Shown piece after piece: positions 8,310 through 14,415 of a stretch of 32,000 nt of DNA. Each line of letters opens with the position of its first letter. The stretch's first letter is position 1. Under the pieces are notes generated by a model. That model was not told the DNA's origin and searched no databases. It was given only the letters and a program-made list of their open reading frames with translations. Origin of the DNA: Propionibacteriaceae bacterium. GTDB lineage: Bacteria; Actinomycetota; Actinomycetes; Propionibacteriales; Propionibacteriaceae. The position numbers and the translations under genes are program-made. The DNA is taken from positions 90,001 to 122,000 of the forward strand of contig JAIRQE010000004.1 in NCBI GenBank assembly GCA_031256725.1, read 5' to 3'.

Positions 8310-9343
8310 TAGGGCCTCGGTGGGCTTGATGTACCTTGCTGATTCCATACTGGAGTTGGTGGTGGCACCATAGCTATGATGCGCTCCACCACCTGTGCAG
8401 GTGCGACGTTATCGGCAACCGCATCAAAGGTGAGAACAATTCTGTGAGCCATGACATCTTTGGCAACCGCTTGAACATCAGTCGGAAGTACATAATCCCG
8501 CCCATGAATCAGAGCAAGAGCCCGTGAGGCTGCCACGAGACCCAAGGTCGCACGCGAGGAACATCCAATAGAAATAACATTCGCGAGATCGGGCATCCCG
8601 AAGTCTGCGGGATTACGGGTAGCAAGCACCAAGCGGACAATGTACTCTGCCACAAGGTTGTGGACATTGATCTGAGCAGCCCTATCTTGGAGGTCTCTAA
8701 CAATCTCAGGATTAAGTACAGGATTAGGCTCAGGGGCTTTCACTGACATCCTGCGGAGGATCTCAAACTCTTCATTTCCACGCGGATAATTCACATCCAC
8801 TTTGAGGAGGAAGCGGTCACGCTGTGCTTCAGGAAGAGGATAGACGCCCTCAGATTCGATGGGATTCTGTGTTGCAATCACGATGAAGGGAGTCGGAGCA
8901 GGATAGGTCTTTCCACCAATGGAGACCTGCTTCTCCGCCATGATCTCAAGCATGGCCGATTGAACCTTGGCTGGAGCACGGTTGATCTCATCAGCGAGAA
9001 CAAAGTTCACGAAGACTGGACCCAGTTGAATATCGAAAGTCTCCTTGGATGCTGAATAGATTCTTGTTCCAACAATGTCGGAGGGAACCAGGTCGGGGGT
9101 GAACTGGATTCGCGCAAAATCCCCACCCACCACAGTAGCGAAAGAGCGTACAGCCAAGGTTTTTGCTGTTCCAGGAACACCTTCAAGAAGGCAGTGACCC
9201 TTAGCAAGGAGGGCAACCATCAGCTGCTCAACCATGTGCTCTTGTCCGACGATGACACGCTGTACCTGTTCAATGGCCTCAGCAAGCAACTTGGAGACCT
9301 CCTGGGCAGACTGCTTGATGGGCTGTACTGGTGTTGACGTCAC
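8309..9343 (-). CDS. moxR: MoxR-family AAA+ ATPase
   Basis: Walker A LEGVPGTAKT, Walker B VLADEINRAP, IATQNPIESEGVYPLPEAQRDRF, and the C-terminal AAA lid. GTG start at 9343 preceded by an AGGAGGA SD. Confidence 0.92.
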   Translation of the reverse strand: MTSTPVQPIKQSAQEVSKLLAEAIEQVQRVIVGQEHMVEQLMVALLAKGHCLLEGVPGTAKTLAVRSFATVVGGDFARIQFTPDLVPSDIVGTRIYSASKETFDIQLGPVFVNFVLADEINRAPAKVQSAMLEIMAEKQVSIGGKTYPAPTPFIVIATQNPIESEGVYPLPEAQRDRFLLKVDVNYPRGNEEFEILRRMSVKAPEPNPVLNPEIVRDLQDRAAQINVHNLVAEYIVRLVLATRNPADFGMPDLANVISIGCSSRATLGLVAASRALALIHGRDYVLPTDVQAVAKDVMAHRIVLTFDAVADNVAPAQVVERIIAMVPPPTPVWNQQGTSSPPRP

Positions 9344-9463
9344 TTATCCTCCTGGATCTGGGCTCATGTACCTTTCAACGATACCGTCTCAAAGCTAAGT
9401 TTGCCCCAATTTCACTGAGAATGGTCACAGGATTGGGTTTTATAGGGCAAACTAGAAGGTGCT

Positions 9464-10456
9464 ATGAGTACATCCACCCCCAAGGTACCAAAACCTAAAA
9501 AGGCTCAAAAGGCACCCCCCTCGGATAGAGATGCGCCAAAGGTCAACATGGACCGACTTCCTGAGGGGATGGTTACCTATCCATTACATCCGGTGGACCC
9601 ACCCAAGATTGGCGACTTCTGGCCTTCGGCTCGACTCGTAGCAAGTACAGCAGGGGTCGCCTATCTCGCCTATGAGGAGCACGCCACAGCTCCTGTCATG
9701 GTGATCATGCTCAGCCAGGGTGCTTCCGAGGATCCAGCTGCCAGGGATCGCCTTGCTGGCGAAGTGGACCGAATGGATATCGATACAGTCATCGCTCGTG
9801 GTGGCCTGGGGCAGGACTCAGGCCGCATGGGAGATAAATTCCGCAGTGAACATGAGGATCCTCAGGGAGTGGACTCAATGCCACAATCCCCCTGGGTTGC
9901 CCTAGCTTTCGATCAGAGTTCCCGAGCAATTCGCGAAGCAAAAAGAATTCTTGCCCGCGTTGATCTCAGTGCATATCCGCCTCAAGGAGAATCCTCAGGT
10001 CCCGATTACCGCCTTCACTGGAGTGATCGTTTTGGACCTGGTCTTACTCGTGTATGGCCATTGCCTTGGCCAGGACGTCGTGACCGTTCGGGACGTTTAA
10101 CTCTGGTTGCTGCATGGCTTCTTATGCTTCTCCTTGCTGCAGTGGCCATCTTGATCGCTATCCTTATTTTCTCTCAGGCCCCCGAAACTCCCCCGCCTCC
10201 CCCGATTCCGACTCAGAATACTGATGATTCCAGTGCAGGTGGATCGCCTCCTCCCACCACTCCAAGCGAATCAAGTGAAGGCCAATCTTCACCGCAGGAA
10301 TCTGACACGGCTGAGTCTTCTCCCTCCCCGGGGGACGAGGACACTGGTGGCGGTTCCCCCTCTCCAGGAGAAGAACAAAGCGGTGGTGGTAGTCCCACTC
10401 CAGGGGATGAAACCACTGGTCCTGGTGGAGGCCCCAGTACCCCCTCACGAATGTGA
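9464..10456 (+). CDS. single-pass membrane protein of unknown function. Cytoplasmic ~210-aa domain (possibly a degenerate kinase-like N-lobe), one TM helix, and an extracytoplasmic Pro/Ser/Gly/acidic repeat tail
   Basis: 330-aa ORF with a GAAGGTG SD 2 nt before the ATG. Lys/Pro-rich N-terminus. RRDRSGR lies just before the TM helix LTLVAAWLLMLLLAAVAILIAILIF (nt 10097-10171), which by the positive-inside rule places the N-domain in the cytoplasm. The tail is PETPPPPPIPT... followed by SPSPGDEDTGGG-type repeats. I recognise no family with confidence. Confidence 0.6.
   Translation: MSTSTPKVPKPKKAQKAPPSDRDAPKVNMDRLPEGMVTYPLHPVDPPKIGDFWPSARLVASTAGVAYLAYEEHATAPVMVIMLSQGASEDPAARDRLAGEVDRMDIDTVIARGGLGQDSGRMGDKFRSEHEDPQGVDSMPQSPWVALAFDQSSRAIREAKRILARVDLSAYPPQGESSGPDYRLHWSDRFGPGLTRVWPLPWPGRRDRSGRLTLVAAWLLMLLLAAVAILIAILIFSQAPETPPPPPIPTQNTDDSSAGGSPPPTTPSESSEGQSSPQESDTAESSPSPGDEDTGGGSPSPGEEQSGGGSPTPGDETTGPGGGPSTPSRM
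10319..10432 (+). repeat. in-frame imperfect tandem repeat of three units (36, 36 and 42 nt) encoding SPSPGDEDTGGG / SPSPGEEQSGGG / SPTPGDETTGPGGG
   Basis: Read directly from the sequence. Units are 10319-10354, 10355-10390 and 10391-10432, inside the 3' end of the 9464-10456 CDS. Confidence 0.7.
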
Positions 10457-10481
10457 GGACTAAGCACCAACGGCGTAGATT

Positions 10482-10490
10482 TGATACAAT
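10482..10490 (+). promoter_or_regulatory. extended -10 promoter element TGaTACAAT for the tRNA gene
   Basis: The TG at 10482-10483 and TACAAT at 10485-10490 put a transcription start site (TSS) at about 10497, a few nt upstream of the mature tRNA 5' end at 10503. Confidence 0.5.
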
Positions 10491-10502
10491 CAACGTCGGC
10501 TG

Positions 10503-10576
10503 GGGACCGTAGCTCAGCTGGTCAGAGCAGGGGACTCATAATCCCTTGGTCCCGGGTTCGAGCCCCGGCGGTCCCA
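10503..10576 (+). tRNA. tRNA with CAU anticodon (elongator tRNA-Met, or tRNA-Ile2 if C34 is lysidinylated)
   Basis: Hand-folded 74-nt cloverleaf. Acceptor stem is GGGACCG/CGGTCCC and the D stem GCTC/GAGC. The anticodon stem GGGGA/TCCCT carries the loop CTCATAA, with CAT at 10537-10539. There is a 5-nt variable loop, T stem CCGGG/CCCGG, TTCGAGC loop and discriminator A. It is not an initiator: 1-72 is a paired G-C, and the 31-39 pair is A-U rather than a third G-C next to the loop. The 3' end encodes CC then G, so CCA is not fully templated. Confidence 0.9.
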
Positions 10577-10622
10577 CCGCACCAATTCGTCTTACCTGCT
10601 GTCCCTGACTGAGCCTTACCTG

Positions 10623-10631
10623 TGATACGAT
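10623..10631 (+). promoter_or_regulatory. extended -10 element TGaTACGAT, 7 nt upstream of the GT2 GTG start (leaderless geometry)
   Basis: It nearly duplicates the tRNA promoter core (TGATACAAT vs TGATACGAT). The last T at 10631 places the expected TSS at 10638-10639, which is the GTG start codon at 10639. No SD lies in between. Confidence 0.4.
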
Positions 10632-10638
10632 TTTACAA

Positions 10639-11625
10639 GTGAGAGTTGGGACCCTGTATATCGTCGTTCCGTGTTACAACGAGGAAGACGCCCTTCCTCA
10701 TAGCGCCCCCGTACTTCAAGCCCAACTTCTATCAATGATTCAATCTGGCAAGGTCCTGGAATCCAGTCGTGTTCTATTTGTTAATGATGGATCTAAGGAT
10801 GCTACATGGAAAGTCATTCAAGACCTCCATACAAAGAACCCAGAAGTATTCAGTGGCCTCAATCTCAGCCGGAATCGAGGTCACCAAAATGCCCTCATTG
10901 CGGGGCTCCTCTCCATCAAGGATCATGCCGATCTCACTATTTCCATTGATGCTGATCTCCAGGATGATGTGAGCGCCATGGATGAAATGGTTGACCTCTA
11001 CAATCAAGGAATCGACATCGTTTATGGGGTACGCAACCAACGGGACTCTGATTCCTTCTTCAAGAGGTTTACCGCTCAGTCTTTCTATAAAATGATGAAA
11101 ACCCTAGGCGCAGAGACTATATACAATCACGCGGATTATCGCTTGATGTCGCAAAGGGCCCTTGCAGGACTGGCCGATTTCAAGGAAGTGAACCTCTTTC
11201 TTCGAGGCCTAGTTCCACTCATCGGTTTCTCCCATGCGATGGTCTCCTATGGAAGACATGAGCGCGTTGCCGGGAAGAGTAAGTACCCGCTCAAGAAGAT
11301 GCTCTCTTTCGCTCTAGACGGAATCACTTCACTGAGTATCAAACCCATTCGGATGATCTCTATGCTGGGTGCACTCGTCTTCCTTCTCTCAATCCTCGCC
11401 ACAGCCTACGTTCTCATCCGGCATTTCACAGGTGCCACGGTGGCTGGATGGTCGAGCCTCCTGCTGTCCACCTGGGCCATAGGTGGTCTCGTTCTCATGT
11501 CGCTTGGGGTGATCGGAGAGTACATCGCCAAGATCTATCTGGAAACTAAGGCTCGACCTCGTTTCATCATTGAATCCATGCTCGACTCTCCTGATGCCAG
11601 CCAGCAGTCATCCACTGATGGGTAA
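10639..11625 (+). CDS. GT2-family polyprenyl-phosphate glycosyltransferase (GtrB/CsbB/ArnC-like)
   Basis: LYIVVPCYNEEDAL, FVNDGSKDAT, NRGHQNALIAGL, ISIDADLQDD (DxD), plus two C-terminal TM helices and the EYIAKIY motif. This is the GtrB-type lipid-carrier-charging enzyme pattern. Confidence 0.88.
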   Translation: MRVGTLYIVVPCYNEEDALPHSAPVLQAQLLSMIQSGKVLESSRVLFVNDGSKDATWKVIQDLHTKNPEVFSGLNLSRNRGHQNALIAGLLSIKDHADLTISIDADLQDDVSAMDEMVDLYNQGIDIVYGVRNQRDSDSFFKRFTAQSFYKMMKTLGAETIYNHADYRLMSQRALAGLADFKEVNLFLRGLVPLIGFSHAMVSYGRHERVAGKSKYPLKKMLSFALDGITSLSIKPIRMISMLGALVFLLSILATAYVLIRHFTGATVAGWSSLLLSTWAIGGLVLMSLGVIGEYIAKIYLETKARPRFIIESMLDSPDASQQSSTDG

Positions 11626-11628
11626 CCT

Positions 11629-12108
11629 ATGGCGAAAAACCTACGCTCTTTTCTGGATCTAAAACTCTTGAAGTTTCTTGGGGTAGGAGTGGCAAACACC
11701 CTTCTCAGTACAATCCTTATGTTCGGTTTGTACAACCTAACCGAGCTCAACTATTGGTGGTCCTCCGCGATCGCATACGCCATTGGTGCCGCATTCAGCT
11801 TCTTCCTTAACAGAGCCTTCACCTTCCGAGACAAGGGCGGGATTCCAACATCTGCCCTGCGTTTCCTTCTTACTGTTTCCACCTGCTACATCATTGCTTT
11901 TAGCCTCGCAAAACCCCTTGTGGCCTTGGGACTGACCCACACTGGAGCCTCACCTAGTACCCTTGACCAGATTGCTATGCTCGTGGCCATGGTTATCTAC
12001 ACAGGGCTCAATTACATCCTGCAACGCATCTTCGTATTCAAGCAGCAGTCGCCCGACCCCAGGATTACCAATGACGATCCCGACCTAGAATCCACGGATG
12101 AAAGATAG
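11629..12108 (+). CDS. GtrA-family small membrane protein (putative lipid-linked sugar translocase)
   Basis: 159 aa with four predicted TM helices. Contains FLGVGVANTLLSTILMFGL, FSFFLNRAFTFR and NYILQRIFVF, which are GtrA-family hallmarks. Starts 3 nt after the GT2 stop. Confidence 0.85.
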   Translation: MAKNLRSFLDLKLLKFLGVGVANTLLSTILMFGLYNLTELNYWWSSAIAYAIGAAFSFFLNRAFTFRDKGGIPTSALRFLLTVSTCYIIAFSLAKPLVALGLTHTGASPSTLDQIAMLVAMVIYTGLNYILQRIFVFKQQSPDPRITNDDPDLESTDER

Positions 12109-13615
12109 TGATGAACCAATGAAATCCATCAGCCTTCAGCGAATCGCTCTCAGTGTGATGCTCCTTGTTGTGATGTACATAATCTACCTAATGGTCTTCG
12201 AGACCTATGTTCTTCGTTCCCTCATTTTCATGGGGGGTCTCGTTGGTTTCGTAGGATGTCTCGCGGTTCTTTTGTGGGCAGTTCATAAAATCTCAATCAA
12301 GCCTTGGCACTTCATTATTGGGATCATCGTCCTGTCTTTCTCCACGAAGCTCGCATTTGTTTTGGCTGTACAAACCCAGCCCATTTCCGACTTCCGCCTG
12401 ATGTACGAAACTGCAATCCAAGTTGCTGCTGGTGATCCGTCAGGACTGGGGTCCTACTATTTCCAGATGTGGGCCTATCAAACAGGGTTCGTGGCGTGGA
12501 TGGCATTCTTTGTCCATTTCTTTGGCGCTGGAGTCACTTTCTTCAAAGTTCTCAACTGTGTGTACCTCACTGCCACGAACCTTGTGGTGTACCTCTTCTG
12601 CCGCAAGGTTGCATCCGAGAAGGCAGCACAGGTCACCGCCATCCTTTTTTGTTTCTTCCCCTCAACCTACTTCCTGATCACGGTACTCTCGGGACAGCAT
12701 CTGTCGAATCTACTGATCATGACTGGAGTATATGTCTACTTCATTAAGAAAAAGACCCGAACTGGAAAGATAGCCATAGCGGTCACTGCCGGTATTCTCA
12801 TAGCTCTAGGTGGGGCTATTCGCCCCATAGCCATTGTGGCCATTGCAGCATTGATCGTATTCGAACTACTTGTGTTCTTGAAGAAATCAATCAAAGCTCG
12901 ACGGATTCTGGTGAAAAGTCTCGCTACGGTCATGATCACGATTGTGAGCTATTTCGGTGTCAGCTCTGGCCTGAGTAAGGCCGTTCAACTCAGTGGCCTC
13001 AATGAATTTGGATTGACCAATAATTGCCCTGAATGGAAGTTCGTCCTCGGTTTCAACCCCACAACCTCAGGACAATACTCAGAGGCTGACGCAGGACTGA
13101 TCTTCTCCCATTCAACGAGCGAAGAAAGACGGGAAGCAGCTTTTGAAGTGATCGAGGAACGGTTATCTGTTCCACCTTCGCAACTCATAAACCTGTTCCG
13201 AGCCAAGATCAACATCATGTGGGCCAACCCAGATCCAACTTGGTGGGCCTTTGGCCATATGCAATCGACTGTGGAACTGCCTGTTGTCGGGGAGGTCCAT
13301 CACACTGTAACCATGCAAAGAACGGGTCTTGTGTACTACTGTGGGATCTTTGTCCTTGTCGGACTTGGTGTTATCCGTGCGATTCGGCGCAATGATCTGG
13401 GAATCCCTCTTCTCATGGCCTTGATATTCCTCGCCTATTTCACGATCCATATATTCATCGAGATTCAAACGCGCTACCGTGATTTTGCTCTCATTCCTGC
13501 CTTCGTCCTGGCAGGGGTCGGAATAGCGGTCTTGTATGAGAAGGTGATTCCTGGCTCAGTTGGTTGGGTAAAACGGGTTTTACCCAAACGCGAAAAAGAC
13601 AGTGCGGAAGTCTAG
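12098..13615 (+). CDS. polytopic GT-C-type glycosyltransferase (ArnT/PMT-like; third component of a GtrABC-type system)
   Basis: 505 aa with about 11-13 hydrophobic helices. The first external loop has an acidic/aromatic motif (PISDFRLMYETAIQVAAGD). A soluble loop of ~100 aa lies between helices near residues 300-400. Its position directly after GT2 and GtrA supports the call. No specific family could be assigned by eye. The start overlaps the GtrA stop by 11 nt; alternative ATG at 12119. Confidence 0.7.
   Translation: MKDSDEPMKSISLQRIALSVMLLVVMYIIYLMVFETYVLRSLIFMGGLVGFVGCLAVLLWAVHKISIKPWHFIIGIIVLSFSTKLAFVLAVQTQPISDFRLMYETAIQVAAGDPSGLGSYYFQMWAYQTGFVAWMAFFVHFFGAGVTFFKVLNCVYLTATNLVVYLFCRKVASEKAAQVTAILFCFFPSTYFLITVLSGQHLSNLLIMTGVYVYFIKKKTRTGKIAIAVTAGILIALGGAIRPIAIVAIAALIVFELLVFLKKSIKARRILVKSLATVMITIVSYFGVSSGLSKAVQLSGLNEFGLTNNCPEWKFVLGFNPTTSGQYSEADAGLIFSHSTSEERREAAFEVIEERLSVPPSQLINLFRAKINIMWANPDPTWWAFGHMQSTVELPVVGEVHHTVTMQRTGLVYYCGIFVLVGLGVIRAIRRNDLGIPLLMALIFLAYFTIHIFIEIQTRYRDFALIPAFVLAGVGIAVLYEKVIPGSVGWVKRVLPKREKDSAEV
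13564..13587 (-). terminator. 11-bp perfect hairpin (TTGGGTAAAAC gg GTTTTACCCAA) 25 nt downstream of the pyrF stop, embedded in the 3' end of the convergent GT-C CDS
   Basis: The palindrome was read directly from the sequence. No U-tract follows it on either strand, so it could only act as a tail-less terminator or a processing site. Confidence 0.3.
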
Positions 13616-14415
13616 CTAGCCAGTACCCTCTCAACGGCCTCTTGGAGTGCCTGAGGGTTTGGCCCAGCGTTGAGTACCTCCCTACTTACTGAGGGAACCA
13701 ATAGGGCTGAGGTCTCCGCGAAAGAGGAGGCGAGTCCTGAAATCGTACCACCCTGGACGCCGATCCCTGGAACCAAGATTGAGCCTGAGTACCACGACAG
13801 ATCGATTCTCAAAGTCTCATGGGTACCTCCCACAACAAGGCCTATGGCATCCAAACCAGTACTGTGGTTGCGTTGGGTGGCATTGTCGACAATGCTTTGA
13901 GCCACTGGTGTACCCAAGCTGGTCGAGCCCAACTGAATATCCCCGCCTTCGGGATTGGAGGTACGCGCAAGAACATAGACTCCCCTGTCATTGGCCTCAG
14001 CAAGATCGAAGGCTGGTGTCAAAGATCCGAACCCAAGATAGGGACTGATCGTGATGGCATCCACGGACAGGGGGCCCTCCCCTAGGTACGCCTGGGCATA
14101 GGCCTCCATGGTGGATCCGATATCACCTCTCTTGACGTCCAAGATGACCAGCCCACCGCCGGAGCGGATTTCAGTGATACATCTCTCCAGTACAGCGATC
14201 CCGGCTGAACCCCATTGTTCGAAGAAGGCTGACTGAGGTTTAAAAGCTGTGACATGGTCACCGAGGGCTTCAACTGTACCCATGGCGACTCGCTCCAGAC
14301 CAGCCAGATCATATGAGACCCCCCAAGCATCCATAACTCCAGGATGGGGGTCGATACCTACGCAGATCGAACCAAGACTGCTGGCACGTGCAAGAAGTCT
14401 GTCATGAAAAGTCAT
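13612..14415 (-). CDS. pyrF: orotidine-5'-phosphate decarboxylase (type 2)
   Basis: 267 aa. LCVGIDPHP-like segment (ICVGIDPHPG), VTAFKPQSAFFE, ILDVKRGDIGSTMEAYA and LVPGIGVQGG. The ATG forms ATGA with the pyrD stop. Confidence 0.92.
   Translation of the reverse strand: MTFHDRLLARASSLGSICVGIDPHPGVMDAWGVSYDLAGLERVAMGTVEALGDHVTAFKPQSAFFEQWGSAGIAVLERCITEIRSGGGLVILDVKRGDIGSTMEAYAQAYLGEGPLSVDAITISPYLGFGSLTPAFDLAEANDRGVYVLARTSNPEGGDIQLGSTSLGTPVAQSIVDNATQRNHSTGLDAIGLVVGGTHETLRIDLSWYSGSILVPGIGVQGGTISGLASSFAETSALLVPSVSREVLNAGPNPQALQEAVERVLAS

Noticed and set aside
5335-9343. The idea that MoxR-VWA is a conflict or defence-type NTPase-vWA system.
   Set aside because: The operon has the classical housekeeping architecture (MoxR, DUF58, two BatA/B-type membrane VWA proteins). 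There are no effector, nuclease, protease or sensor domains and no hypervariable component.
10164-10493. Two minus-strand ORFs (109 and 85 aa) and one plus-strand alternative-frame ORF over the repeat tail of the 9464 gene.
   Set aside because: They are products of the GC-rich, stop-poor Pro/Gly/Ser repeat DNA. They lack start signals and mirror the low-complexity repeat.
10457-13615. The idea that the tRNA-flanked glycosylation cassette is an integrated genomic island or prophage remnant.
   Set aside because: There is no integrase, no direct repeat of the tRNA 3' end near 13600, and no other mobility gene. The GC drop is small by my spot counts and is expected for membrane proteins. I kept it only as an accessory-like cassette.
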